A DNA stretch of 64,000 nucleotides from an uncultured Gammaproteobacteria bacterium (GCA_964355175.1 CAYHBZ010000002.1:204537-268536); one strand, 5' to 3'. Positions 9,784 through 19,468 are shown, counted from the stretch's first letter. Numbers and translations: made by a program. Notes: generated by a model not told the origin, from the sequence alone.

Positions 9784-11424
9784 ATGAAAGCATCAGATTT
9801 ATTCGTAAAATGTCTGGAGGCCGAGGGGGTAAAATATGTGTTTGGGGTGCCGGGGGAAGAAAATTTGGACTTGCTTGAATCCATGCGTAAATCCAGTATC
9901 CGATTTATCACCACTCGTCATGAACAGGCGGCGGTTTTTATGGCCGCGACTTTTGGGCGTTTGACTGGAAAAGCCGGCGTGGCCTTGTCTACCTTGGGGC
10001 CCGGAGCTACCAATTTGGTCACCGGTGTAGCTTATGCTCAGCTGGGCGGAATGCCGCTGCTCGTGATTACCGGACAAAAGCCAATTCGTAAAAGTAAACA
10101 AGGAAGATTTCAGATTGTGGATATTGTCCAGATGATGACTCCGCTTACCAAAATGTCTGAAACAATTGTGAGCGCCGATAGAATTCCATCTCTGGTTCGT
10201 CAGGCTTTCAAATTGGCTGAATCAGAATTGCCAGGAGCCGTTCATTTGGAATTGCCGGAAGATATTGCGGCCGAAGACAGCGATACCGCCCCAATAGTGC
10301 CGGTAAAAATTCGTCGTGCCGGTCCTGATCCCAAGGCGATAAACATGACTTTGGAATTATTAAAAAAAGCCAAATCGCCAATTGTGTTGGTAGCGGCCGG
10401 AGCCAATCGTAAATTAGTGCGCAAACATTTGCAGGCCTTTTTGGATAAAACTAAAATTCCGTTTATTTCCACTCAGATGGGCAAAGGTGTTATTGATGAA
10501 GCCTCCGAACTTTATCTTGGTACCACAGCTTTAAGCGCTGGAGATTTTGTGCATAAAATGCTTGAGAAATCTGATTGTGTATTGGTGGTGGGACATAATC
10601 TCAATGAAAAGCCGCCGGTAGTTTTGAGTTCCCAAGAACGCGATGTTATTCATCTGAATTTTAACGAAGCGGATGTGGATGATGTGTATATTCCTACTTT
10701 GGAATTAATTGGAGATCTAGCTCATTCTATCTGGGCTTTGACTGAAGATATTACACCTTCGCCACATTGGAATTTTGAATATTTTTATAATTTAAAAAAT
10801 AAGTTGCAGGAACATATCAATGAAAAAAGTACGGATAATAGTTTTCCACTCAAGCCACAAAGATTGGTGGCTGACCTGGAAGCAACCTTGCCGTGTGATG
10901 GTATTTTGGCGCTCGATAATGGTATGTATAAGCTCTGGGTTGCTCGCAATTATACTGCTCATGAACAAAATTCCGTGTTGCTCGATAACGCCTTGGCGAC
11001 AATGGGAGCGGGTTTGCCCGGAGCGATGGGTGCCAAGATTTTATTTCCGAATAAAGCGGTGGTGGCCTTGGTGGGTGATGGTGGTCTGATGATGTCGTCG
11101 CAAGAAATTGAAACCGCTATTCGTCTGAAACTCAATCTCGTAGTGGTGATTGTAAATGACAGCGGCTATGGAATGATCAAATGGAAACAAGAAGGGGCAG
11201 AGTTTAATAATTTTGCTTTGGAATTTGGCAATCCTGATTTCGTGAAATTTGCCGAAAGTTTTGGCGCTCACGGCGCGCGTGTAGAGAGCGCGGCTGATTT
11301 TAAAGAAAAATTAAAACACGCTTTGGGGGCGGGAGGTGTTTGGCTTATTGATTGTCCGATAGACTATAGTGAAAATAATTTAGTTTTTGATAAAGAGCTA
11401 AAAGAAAAAACTAAAAATCTTTAA
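9784..11424 (+). CDS. thiamine-pyrophosphate-dependent enzyme, acetolactate-synthase-like large subunit family
   Basis: N-terminal TPP_enzyme_N motifs (GVPGEENLDL, TRHEQAAVFMA, STLGPGATNLVTG), C-terminal GDGG TPP-binding motif (LVGDGGLMMS); start at MKASDLF. Confidence 0.75.
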   Translation: MKASDLFVKCLEAEGVKYVFGVPGEENLDLLESMRKSSIRFITTRHEQAAVFMAATFGRLTGKAGVALSTLGPGATNLVTGVAYAQLGGMPLLVITGQKPIRKSKQGRFQIVDIVQMMTPLTKMSETIVSADRIPSLVRQAFKLAESELPGAVHLELPEDIAAEDSDTAPIVPVKIRRAGPDPKAINMTLELLKKAKSPIVLVAAGANRKLVRKHLQAFLDKTKIPFISTQMGKGVIDEASELYLGTTALSAGDFVHKMLEKSDCVLVVGHNLNEKPPVVLSSQERDVIHLNFNEADVDDVYIPTLELIGDLAHSIWALTEDITPSPHWNFEYFYNLKNKLQEHINEKSTDNSFPLKPQRLVADLEATLPCDGILALDNGMYKLWVARNYTAHEQNSVLLDNALATMGAGLPGAMGAKILFPNKAVVALVGDGGLMMSSQEIETAIRLKLNLVVVIVNDSGYGMIKWKQEGAEFNNFALEFGNPDFVKFAESFGAHGARVESAADFKEKLKHALGAGGVWLIDCPIDYSENNLVFDKELKEKTKNL

Positions 11425-11512
11425 AAAATATATAAATATATATAAATATATATTTTTCATTCATTCGGAAGTTAATTTATAAATAAATTAACTTCTCTCA
11501 TTCATTTATAAT

Positions 11513-12883
11513 ATGGCCATAATTTCTCAAAGTCCGGCAACCGGTGAAGTGTTTGCTCGATTTACTGAATTAAATAGTGATGAAATAGAAAAAAAATTGG
11601 TGCTGTCCCAAAGTGCTTTTGGCCTTTGGCGTCAGACCAATATGGAAGAGCGCGCGGTTTTGATGAAAAAAGTAGCCGCAAAATTGCGTGAACAAAAAAA
11701 TGATCTGGCCGTGCTGATGGCTCAGGAGATGGGCAAAGTGCTCAAAGCCGGTCAGGCCGAAGTGGAAAAATGCGTCGCGGTGTGTGATTTTTATGCCGAT
11801 AATGCAGCTAAATTTTTGGCTGAAGATTTTATTGCCACTGAAGCCAAAGAAAGTTTTGTGCGTTTTGATCCGCTAGGCGCCGTGCTTGCGGTGATGCCTT
11901 GGAATTTTCCTTTTTGGCAGGTGTTTCGTTTTGCCGCGCCGGCTCTAATGGCTGGAAATATCGGTCTGCTCAAACACGCCTCCAATGTGCCGCGTTGTGC
12001 CGTGAGAATGGAAGAAATTTTTTCGGAATGTGGATTTCCAGCGGGAGTTTTTCAGACTTTATTAATTGGCTCAGGAGCAATAGAAAAAATAGTTTTGGAT
12101 GATAGAATAGCGGCCGTCACTTTGACGGGCAGTGAATTTGCCGGAAGTCAGGTAGCTGCCGCGGCCGGTAAAGCTTTAAAAAAATGTGTATTGGAATTGG
12201 GTGGTAGCGATCCTTTTATTGTGTTGTCTGATGCTGATTTGGCCGGTGCGATAAAAGCGGCCGTTACCGCCAGAATGCAGAATAATGTGGGACAAAGTTG
12301 TATTGCTTCCAAAAGATTTATTGTGGAGGAATCAGTGGCGACTGAATTTACTGCCGGAATGGTGAAAGCCTTTTCTGAATTTAAAGTAGGCAATCCTTTG
12401 GCGGATGATACCAATGTGGGGCCGCTGGTAAACGAAAGCTCTCTAAAAGAAATTGACAGTCAGGTGCAGAAAACTTTGGCGATGGGCGCCAAGTTGGAAT
12501 TTGGTGGTAGTAGGATGGGGGAAGTAGGAAGTTTTTATTTGCCTACGGTTGTCAGTGGAGTGACCAAAGGCATGCCGCTGTGCGATGAAGAAGTGTTTGG
12601 TCCGGTAGCACCAATTATTGTGGTAAAAAATTCTGATGAAGCGATAAAAATTGCCAATGATTCTCCGTATGGTCTGGGAGCTACGATTTGGACTGCTGAT
12701 TTGGACAAAGCCAAAAAGATGGCGGCTCAATTGGAGAGCGGCAGTATCTATATCAATGGGGCGATGAAATCTGATGTGCGGTTGCCTTTTGGCGGTATCA
12801 AAAAATCTGGTTTTGGACGAGAGCTCGGGTCCTATGGTATTCGTGAATTTGTGAATGTGAAGACCGTTGTAATTGAAAAATAG
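11513..12883 (+). CDS. NAD(P)-dependent aldehyde dehydrogenase (succinate-semialdehyde-DH-like)
   Basis: ALDH family motifs: LELGGSDPFIV, catalytic Cys region GQSCIASKRF, EEVFGPV. Confidence 0.8.
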   Translation: MAIISQSPATGEVFARFTELNSDEIEKKLVLSQSAFGLWRQTNMEERAVLMKKVAAKLREQKNDLAVLMAQEMGKVLKAGQAEVEKCVAVCDFYADNAAKFLAEDFIATEAKESFVRFDPLGAVLAVMPWNFPFWQVFRFAAPALMAGNIGLLKHASNVPRCAVRMEEIFSECGFPAGVFQTLLIGSGAIEKIVLDDRIAAVTLTGSEFAGSQVAAAAGKALKKCVLELGGSDPFIVLSDADLAGAIKAAVTARMQNNVGQSCIASKRFIVEESVATEFTAGMVKAFSEFKVGNPLADDTNVGPLVNESSLKEIDSQVQKTLAMGAKLEFGGSRMGEVGSFYLPTVVSGVTKGMPLCDEEVFGPVAPIIVVKNSDEAIKIANDSPYGLGATIWTADLDKAKKMAAQLESGSIYINGAMKSDVRLPFGGIKKSGFGRELGSYGIREFVNVKTVVIEK

Positions 12884-12906
12884 GCTAACATTAGCTAAAT
12901 TTAGTC

Positions 12907-12935
12907 TTGACAAAAACACTAAAATGTGGTATAAT
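12907..12935 (+). promoter_or_regulatory. consensus sigma70 promoter TTGACA-N17-TATAAT
   Basis: perfect -35 and -10 hexamers with 17-bp spacer upstream of small ORF 12960. Confidence 0.6.
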
Positions 12936-12959
12936 AATAGGGTACTTTATTAAAAATTT

Positions 12960-13169
12960 ATGTCTGAATCTCAATCAGGGCCTATGGAAATGCAAGCAGA
13001 GGGCGTAGTGGCAGAGTTGGCAGCAGGATTTGGATTTGACCAGGCCGCTCGCGATGAGGTAAGACAAAAATTATTGGCGATGAAGCCAGGCGACACTTTG
13101 GCAGAAATAAATTTTACAGTGACGGCTGATAAAAATGGCTTTCATCTTCAAACAGGAGAGGAAAAATAA
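12960..13169 (+). CDS. 69-aa acidic hypothetical protein
   Basis: ORF downstream of consensus promoter, followed by terminator; no homolog recognised. Confidence 0.35.
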   Translation: MSESQSGPMEMQAEGVVAELAAGFGFDQAARDEVRQKLLAMKPGDTLAEINFTVTADKNGFHLQTGEEK

Positions 13170-13180
13170 AAACAAAAATA

Positions 13181-13212
13181 AAAAATCCCGACTCAGTCGG
13201 GATTTTTTATTT
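13181..13212. terminator. bidirectional terminator ATCCCGACTCAGTCGGGAT flanked by A-run and T-run
   Basis: member of the CCCGAC-loop-GTCGGG hairpin family between convergent genes. Confidence 0.7.
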
Positions 13213-13228
13213 TAAATTATTTTAATAT

Positions 13229-13810
13229 TTATTTTACTATTAAAGTGCCGTTCATATCCATGTGGCCTGATCCACAAGGAATGCCACAGCGGAATTTAAA
13301 TGAGCCGGCTTTGTCAGCGGTGAATTCTATCACCTGAGTATTGTCGACTTCCAATTTTGAACTTACATTAAAATCCGCCAAGACAAAGCTGTGAATCCCG
13401 TCGGTGCTAGTAATTTTTAAACGAACTTTGTCACCTTTGTTTACGGTAATGGCGGAAGGAGAAAATTCCCAATTTTTGGCAGTAATAGTAAACTCTTTTA
13501 CGGTAGCGGCGGCTGGAGTTTTGATATTTATATCTACGATAGTTCCGCCAGGAGTTTCTTTTTCTACAGAAACTACGCCTTTGACGCTAGTAGTATTTCC
13601 AGTCTTGGTCTCGTTTTTATTTTCAGGCTCCTTCTTTTCTTTATCCTCATTTTCCACCTGAGTTTGGCTAGTGGCGGTTTGTTCTGTTTGTAGATTACTG
13701 TCGTCGGTTTTGATATTACTTGAAATATTCAATTTATTATTACAGCCCGCTCCGGTCAAAAGTAGAACCAGTGCCAAACTGCTGGCTACAGAAAAATATT
13801 TTTTGCGCAT
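13229..13810 (-). CDS. cupredoxin-domain lipoprotein (type-1 copper site ligands H...C-x3-H-x2-M)
   Basis: lipobox LTGAGC; C-terminal DGIHSF ... FRCGIPCGSGHMDM plastocyanin-like motif. Confidence 0.65.
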   Translation of the reverse strand: MRKKYFSVASSLALVLLLTGAGCNNKLNISSNIKTDDSNLQTEQTATSQTQVENEDKEKKEPENKNETKTGNTTSVKGVVSVEKETPGGTIVDINIKTPAAATVKEFTITAKNWEFSPSAITVNKGDKVRLKITSTDGIHSFVLADFNVSSKLEVDNTQVIEFTADKAGSFKFRCGIPCGSGHMDMNGTLIVK

Positions 13811-14028
13811 ATTTTAAAAGTTAATTAATTATAACTTTATTATATTACTGGCTGTGGCAAAAGGCAAATTTATTTTATTATAAGTCAAGACCCTTGCGGA
13901 AATAATGTGGATACTGATGTTTACCGAGCAGTCTTTCTCTGTTATAATTAGACCTAATAACTTAGTTTAATAATTAACTATACACTATGTGTAACAAATC
14001 AGACGCAATGTCTTGCGTGCACGGAAAA

Positions 14029-14538
14029 ATGAAGGATTTTGGCTTGTTGGCTTTGCGCCTAGCTTTGGGTGCAATCTTTATCTACGCCGGTTACAGCAAG
14101 CTCGGCGCCAACCACGCTTTGGTCAGCGGAATGATGGGCAAAATGATCGGACCTGAATCTGCCGGTTCTTTCTGGGCATATTTTGTAGGTTTGGCTGAAT
14201 TAGTCGGTGGAGTTATGTTGGTACTAGGTGTTTTTGCTTCTTATGCCGCCGCTTGGTTGTCGGTGATTATGATTGTGGCTCTGTTGGTAGTGCATGCCAG
14301 CGGTCCATTTTCTGGTATGACTGCTCCTTTGGCTATTCTTGGTGGTACTTTGGCCTTGCTAGGTACTGGCGCCGGTCGCTTCCGTTTGGTAAAGACTGAA
14401 TGTCATTGCCCAAAATGCAAAGCGATGTGCGCAGATGAAAAATGTGAACCAAAGTCCGATAAGCCTGAAATGGCTGGTATGTCTGCAAAAGCTATGGGTG
14501 GATGCTGTGGTGGTGGGGCTTGCGGGGATAAGAAATAG
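14029..14538 (+). CDS. DoxX-family membrane protein fused to C-terminal Cys-rich (metallothionein-like) tail
   Basis: LLALRLALGAIFIYAGYSKL DoxX core; tail CHCPKCKAMCADEKCEP...GGCCGGGACGDKK. Confidence 0.55.
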   Translation: MKDFGLLALRLALGAIFIYAGYSKLGANHALVSGMMGKMIGPESAGSFWAYFVGLAELVGGVMLVLGVFASYAAAWLSVIMIVALLVVHASGPFSGMTAPLAILGGTLALLGTGAGRFRLVKTECHCPKCKAMCADEKCEPKSDKPEMAGMSAKAMGGCCGGGACGDKK

Positions 14539-14550
14539 TTTCAAAAATAG

Positions 14551-14735
14551 AAAACTAAAAACAAAAATACCTCGGATTTTTTACCTGATAAAAGTTCGCA
14601 TAATTGGCTATAAATTTTCGTTACGGCTCTAAGGGTAGAGCCGTTGCCCTATCGGGCATCACTCAAATTTATCACGCCAATTAGGGGCTCACTTTTATGC
14701 GGTAAAAAATCCGAGGTATTTTTGTTTTTAGTTTT
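14551..14735. repeat. 33-bp perfect inverted repeat arms enclosing a 119-nt internally structured core (candidate MITE or structured ncRNA)
   Basis: AAAACTAAAAACAAAAATACCTCGGATTTTTTA at 14551-14583 is the exact reverse complement of 14703-14735; nested helices inside (ACGGCTCTA-AGGG-TAGAGCCGT; GCATAATTGGC / GCCAATTA..TTATGC). Confidence 0.5.
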
Positions 14736-16485
14736 CTATTTTTTCTTGCAGAGACAACCATTCATTTTCTTTGTTTTTTATTTCTTTGTCGAGGTCGCCT
14801 AGGTGGCGGTAGTCGGCTAGTTCAAATTTTTTAGGATCTTTGGCTTGTTTGCGTAAGAGTTTAGTTTTAACTTTTTCCATTTCACAGATATCTTCTTCGA
14901 TTTTTTGGAGTTTCTTTTTTTCAGCTTTTATTTCTTCGTGGCGCTGTCTTTTTTCTTCGTCGGTTTTTTCTGGTAGCTCAATCTCTTTTTCTTGTTCTGG
15001 TTCTATGGATTGCTCTAGGTTGTAGATATATTCTTCGTAATTACCAGGATAGCGGCGCACCTCGCCGTTTTTGACCTCGATAATCATAGTGGCGACCGAG
15101 TTTACAAAGGTGCGGTTGTGACTGATAAATAACACGGTGCCATTGAAATCTTCCAAGGCCAAGCCAAGCGCCTCGACTGTTTCAAAATCTAAATGGTTGG
15201 TTGGTTCATCCAGTAGTAATACTTTGCTTTTGGAAAGTAAAATACTGGCCAAGCATAAACGAGCTTTTTCGCCGCCGCTAAGCATGGAGATATATTTTTC
15301 TAGATCACTATCGCGAAATAAAAAGTTGCCGGCCATTTTGAGGATTTCTTCGTCGTTGATATCGCTTGGTGCATTGCCGCGCAAGTGGGTCCACACTTTA
15401 TCTTCCGGATTCAGAGCGTTTGGTACATGTTGGGCGTAGTAAGCAAAAGTGGTATCTACCGCCCATTTGAATTTGCCGCCAATGGCTGATAGTTCACCGG
15501 CTAGAGTTTTTAAAAAAGTGGTTTTACCTTGGCCGTTATCGCCAAGTATGGCTACATGTTCGCCGCGGTCAATGTCCAGCGTGATATTTTCGGCGATGGT
15601 TTTATTTGGATAACCGATAGCGAGTTTTTCAGTTCTAAATAGTAGGCCTTTTTTTGTTTCCACATTGGGGATATGAATTTTTACCGTGGAGAGAGGGCTT
15701 TGGATATCCAGTTTTTTTAATTTTTCTATGGCTTTGAGTTTGCTCTGGGCCTGACTGGCTTTGCTAGCCTTGTAGCGAAATTTATCGACAAAATTTTGCA
15801 GGTGTCTTTGTTCGCGTTCAATTTTTTTATTGTATAATTTCGCAAAGGCCAGACGTTCTTCTTTGTATTCCAAATATTCATCAATGGGACGCGGAAATAA
15901 TGTAATACTGCCTTGTTCAATTTCCAAAGTTTGCTCGCAGGTGCGTTTGAGGAATTCACGGTCATGCGAAATTATTAAAAATGAATCGCTATAATCGCGT
16001 AAAAATTTTTCTAATAATAATTGGGTGTGAACATCCAGATAGTTGGTGGGCTCATCCAACAAAAAAAGATTTGGTTCTTTGAGCAACATCGAAGACAGGC
16101 GGACGCGCATTTGGTAGCCGCCAGAAAGAGAGGAGAGTTTGGAGTTTAATAGATCATTTTTAATTTCAAACTTTCCGGCTACTTTGGCGCACTGCCAATT
16201 TTCTTTGTCGGTGGTGCGCTCTAAAAATTCGAGTACAGTTTCCTCTGGATTTATTTTTTGATGTTGTTCTAGGTATCCAAGACGAGTGACCGGTTGGATA
16301 GCGATAGTACCGGAGTCTTGAGTTTCTTGGCCGACCAACATGCGAAAGAGAGTGGATTTGCCGGCACCGTTGCGGCCGATGACGCCGATTTTTTGTTTGC
16401 TATGAATGGCCAAATCAGCATCTTTAAAAAGTGTTTGTTGGTGGTAGGATTTGTTTAGTTTTTCGATTGTTAGCAAAGTGGCCAT
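14728..16485 (-). CDS. ABC-F family ATPase (tandem ABC domains, C-terminal coiled coil; EttA/Uup-like translation factor)
   Basis: two Walker A (GRNGAGKST, GDNGQGKTT), two signature LSGG motifs, no TM domain. Confidence 0.85.
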   Translation of the reverse strand: MATLLTIEKLNKSYHQQTLFKDADLAIHSKQKIGVIGRNGAGKSTLFRMLVGQETQDSGTIAIQPVTRLGYLEQHQKINPEETVLEFLERTTDKENWQCAKVAGKFEIKNDLLNSKLSSLSGGYQMRVRLSSMLLKEPNLFLLDEPTNYLDVHTQLLLEKFLRDYSDSFLIISHDREFLKRTCEQTLEIEQGSITLFPRPIDEYLEYKEERLAFAKLYNKKIEREQRHLQNFVDKFRYKASKASQAQSKLKAIEKLKKLDIQSPLSTVKIHIPNVETKKGLLFRTEKLAIGYPNKTIAENITLDIDRGEHVAILGDNGQGKTTFLKTLAGELSAIGGKFKWAVDTTFAYYAQHVPNALNPEDKVWTHLRGNAPSDINDEEILKMAGNFLFRDSDLEKYISMLSGGEKARLCLASILLSKSKVLLLDEPTNHLDFETVEALGLALEDFNGTVLFISHNRTFVNSVATMIIEVKNGEVRRYPGNYEEYIYNLEQSIEPEQEKEIELPEKTDEEKRQRHEEIKAEKKKLQKIEEDICEMEKVKTKLLRKQAKDPKKFELADYRHLGDLDKEIKNKENEWLSLQEKIEN

Positions 16486-16570
16486 AGTGCAGACAGAGTA
16501 TCAAAAAAAGAGGGATTTGTAAATAAAAAACACCCGAATATTTTCGAATGTTTTTAATTTAAAGCGGGTA

Positions 16571-16624
16571 ATCACTCGCGCAATCTGAAAACAAATTTTA
16601 TTTTCAGATTGCGAGGCGAGTGAT
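16571..16624 (-). terminator. long hairpin downstream of GC-rich phosphatase gene
   Basis: ATCACTCGCGCAATCTGAAAA / TTTTCAGATTGCGAGGCGAGTGAT inverted repeat. Confidence 0.4.
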
Positions 16625-16680
16625 ATTTCATAGTGCCTGCGTCCCACGGCCCGCTTTTGGCGAGTGGGACATGTTGGCGG

Positions 16681-17505
16681 TTAGCCGGCCAGCACCCGGC
16701 GAACGTAGGCCGAAACTTCAGGAGAGTCAGCGAAGAGCAAGGGCGGCATCTTCACTTTATCCCACGGAACCTTCGAACCGTCGAGACATTCCACCACCCC
16801 GCCCAGCGCGAGGATCATCGGCGCGGTAGCGGCCACATCCCAGATCATGGCCCGGTCAGAAACCCAAGCCCGAGTTCGACCCACCGCCAACTCCCAGCCG
16901 CTGTACACGCTCGGGAGATTGCGCGGATAGCGGAACGCGTTGCGCAGGGGCGTGATGACCGTGTCCCGAAAGTGGGACGGGACAGCCTTGCAGTCGTCCA
17001 GGCCGATCATGGACATCCTGGGCTCATTACGCCTCAGCCGCCGCGGCTGTTCGCCCATGAAGACGAGGCCCTTATCGGGGGAAACCATTGCCCCGACATT
17101 GAATTCCGGCATGTAGACGACGCCGCCGATTGGATGACCAGCCTGCTTGTACCCGATACTCACAGAGTATTCCGGACAGCCGTTGGTGGCCAGTGCTGAA
17201 CCATCGCGGGGATCTACGATGAAACAGGTTTCAGGCACCAGTGTGTCGAGCCCGCCCTGTTTGGGTACAGTGACGAGCTTGACGCCTGGACATTCTCTCA
17301 TGATTTCCGTCACGATCGCCTCGAGGCCTTCTTCCACCACGATCGGGATCTCCGGCCAATGCCGATGGAGAGCCCGCACAATCACGAGTTGGGCGTCAGC
17401 GTCGCCGCTGGCCGTGTGTTCGTCGATGTACCGTTCGCCGTGGTCGAAGCTTCCTTTCAACACTTTTCCGGCCTCGACGGCAGTCTCAAGCAAATGATTC
17501 CACAT
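16681..17505 (-). CDS. GC-rich (about 62%) inositol-monophosphatase / CysQ-family phosphatase
   Basis: IMPase signature FIVDPRDGS and WDVAATAPMILALGG; coding GC about 20 points above flanks. Confidence 0.75.
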   Translation of the reverse strand: MWNHLLETAVEAGKVLKGSFDHGERYIDEHTASGDADAQLVIVRALHRHWPEIPIVVEEGLEAIVTEIMRECPGVKLVTVPKQGGLDTLVPETCFIVDPRDGSALATNGCPEYSVSIGYKQAGHPIGGVVYMPEFNVGAMVSPDKGLVFMGEQPRRLRRNEPRMSMIGLDDCKAVPSHFRDTVITPLRNAFRYPRNLPSVYSGWELAVGRTRAWVSDRAMIWDVAATAPMILALGGVVECLDGSKVPWDKVKMPPLLFADSPEVSAYVRRVLAG

Positions 17506-17697
17506 GGATTCCTCCGAGATGTTGAGAGAGTTGATTTTAAGAGCAGTTGGTTAGTTCAAAATAATACTCTCATTATTAATTTGAATTAGTAAATATAATA
17601 TAAAAAACAGGTTTTGTCAATGTTTTGCACACACGGTTTTCATAGTAATAAAAATTGACTTTTTGGGTTAAATATAGGATAATGACCCAATATTTAT

Positions 17698-18678
17698 ATG
17701 ATAAAAGGATTTTGGGGAAAATTGAAAAAACCGATAATGGTACTCGCGCCCATGGCCAATGTTACGGACTGTGCTTTTCGTCGCATCATTGCCAAACATG
17801 GCAAGCCAGATGTGATGTGGACCGAGTTTGTGGCTTGTGACGGCCTGATGTCGCGCGGTCGTGAGCATCTCATGATTGATCTCAAATACAGTGAAAGTGA
17901 GCGTCCAATTGTGGCGCAGATTTTTGGCAGTAAACTGGAGAATTTTTTTAAGACTGCACAACTAATAAAAGAATTAGGATTTGATGGTATTGATATTAAT
18001 ATGGGCTGTCCCGACAGAAATGTAGAAAAGCAGGGAGCGGGGGCGTGTATGATAAAAAGTCCTGAACTAGCCAAAGAAGTAATTTTGGCCACGATGGCTG
18101 GGGCGCCGGATTTACCTGTGTCGGTAAAAACTAGAATTGGATATAACAAAAATATGTTGGCTGAATGGTTACCGGCGTTGCTGTCTACCAATGTAGCGGC
18201 TATTACAGTGCATGCGCGTACACGCAAAGAGATGTCGCTGGTGCCCGCTCGCTGGGAGCATATAAAAGAAGCGGTACAGATTCGCGACTCTATTCAGACT
18301 GGAGAAAATAAAACTTTGATACTTGGAAACGGTGATGTAAAAAATCTTACCGAAGCATATCAGAGAGTAGAAGAAACGGGTTGTGACGGCGTGATGATTG
18401 GTCGTGGTATTTTTGGCAATCCTTGGCTCTTTAATAAAGATATGATTGGTCAAGAAATTCCGACCAAAGAAAAATTAAAAGTAATGGTGGAGCATACCAA
18501 ACTTTTTGAAGAATTACTCGGTGAACATAAAGGGTTTGAGCTGATGAAAAAACATTACAAAGCCTATGTAAACGGTTTTGATAATGCTAAAGAGCTCCGT
18601 ATTGAATTGATGGAAAAAGCTGAAAACGCGGCGGCGGTAGAGGGGATAGTAAATGACTTTGTTGCTAAAAATTTTTAG
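17698..18678 (+). CDS. dus: tRNA-dihydrouridine synthase
   Basis: LAPMANVTDCAFRR, IDINMGCP, FMN-binding TIM-barrel motifs. Confidence 0.85.
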   Translation: MIKGFWGKLKKPIMVLAPMANVTDCAFRRIIAKHGKPDVMWTEFVACDGLMSRGREHLMIDLKYSESERPIVAQIFGSKLENFFKTAQLIKELGFDGIDINMGCPDRNVEKQGAGACMIKSPELAKEVILATMAGAPDLPVSVKTRIGYNKNMLAEWLPALLSTNVAAITVHARTRKEMSLVPARWEHIKEAVQIRDSIQTGENKTLILGNGDVKNLTEAYQRVEETGCDGVMIGRGIFGNPWLFNKDMIGQEIPTKEKLKVMVEHTKLFEELLGEHKGFELMKKHYKAYVNGFDNAKELRIELMEKAENAAAVEGIVNDFVAKNF

Positions 18679-18714
18679 AGTTGATATACTTATTCTATAA
18701 TAAAAATAGCTAAA

Positions 18715-19182
18715 TTGAATATGTTTGAGAGATTTTTTGGTAGAGCGGAAGCGGCCAGACGAGAGGCCTTAAAGCCCGATGAAAAAGCCGATGCCCGTGG
18801 TCCTATGGCCAGAGGGGGAGATTTAAAAACAGACGCGAACTTAACCGATCAGCCAACCAGGAAAAATCCTGGATTTGAAAATTGGGCGAAAGAAGCCGGC
18901 GACGAAGGTAGTAAAAGTTTGGAAGGTACTAAGGAATTTGTTTATGACGGTGGTCCAGCTGACGCTGGGAGTGCTGAAAGTTTGCGACCACATTTGGAAT
19001 TGGTGGCCGCTAATATTGATTCTGAACCTGAGGAGGAAGTAGATTTAAAAGAAGTTGAATTGCAACAGAGATTTGAGGCCGCTCAGGCAAAAGTCGCCGC
19101 CGCCGCCGCTGAATTGGAAGCCGCTAGTAGAGAATTAACCGCTTACCAAGCGGCCAAAGACAGCGTGGAAAAAGCTGCCTAG
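18715..19182 (+). CDS. acidic hypothetical protein with C-terminal Ala-rich helix
   Basis: ORF only; no motif recognised. Confidence 0.4.
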   Translation: MNMFERFFGRAEAARREALKPDEKADARGPMARGGDLKTDANLTDQPTRKNPGFENWAKEAGDEGSKSLEGTKEFVYDGGPADAGSAESLRPHLELVAANIDSEPEEEVDLKEVELQQRFEAAQAKVAAAAAELEAASRELTAYQAAKDSVEKAA

Positions 19183-19331
19183 TTTTTAAAGTAAATAGTT
19201 AAGATTTTAAAACCGTTTGGCGTGTGCGTACCGCGGTTTTTAATTTGCTTTATTATTTCGCCTATCTTTATTAAGTAAATACTGGATTTATATTGACTTT
19301 TTGATTTTTTTTTGTTAGTATATCAATCACT

Positions 19332-19404
19332 TGTCAGGGTAGCTCAGCTGGTTAGAGCACGGCATTCATAACGCCGAGGTCGGGAGTTCGAGCCTCCCCT
19401 CTGA
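19332..19404 (+). tRNA. tRNA-Met (anticodon CAU; could be initiator or lysidine-Ile type)
   Basis: cloverleaf folded by hand: acceptor GTCAGGG/CTCTGAC, D-stem GCTC/GAGC, anticodon loop TTCATAA, T-stem GGGAG/CTCCC; preceded by TTGACT-N17-TAGTAT promoter. Confidence 0.8.
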
Positions 19405-19433
19405 CACAAATTATCTAAAATTTGAATAGTTTA

Positions 19434-19468
19434 AAAAACCAGAATTAAAATCTCTGGTTTTTTATTTG
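19434..19468 (+). terminator. rho-independent terminator after tRNA
   Basis: AACCAGA-loop-TCTGGTT plus T-run. Confidence 0.65.

Noticed and set aside
11425-11460. Tandem ATATATAAAT repeats, considered as a CRISPR or microsatellite locus
   Set aside because: Only about three imperfect AT-rich units with no spacer structure; ordinary AT-rich intergenic sequence next to a terminator hairpin.
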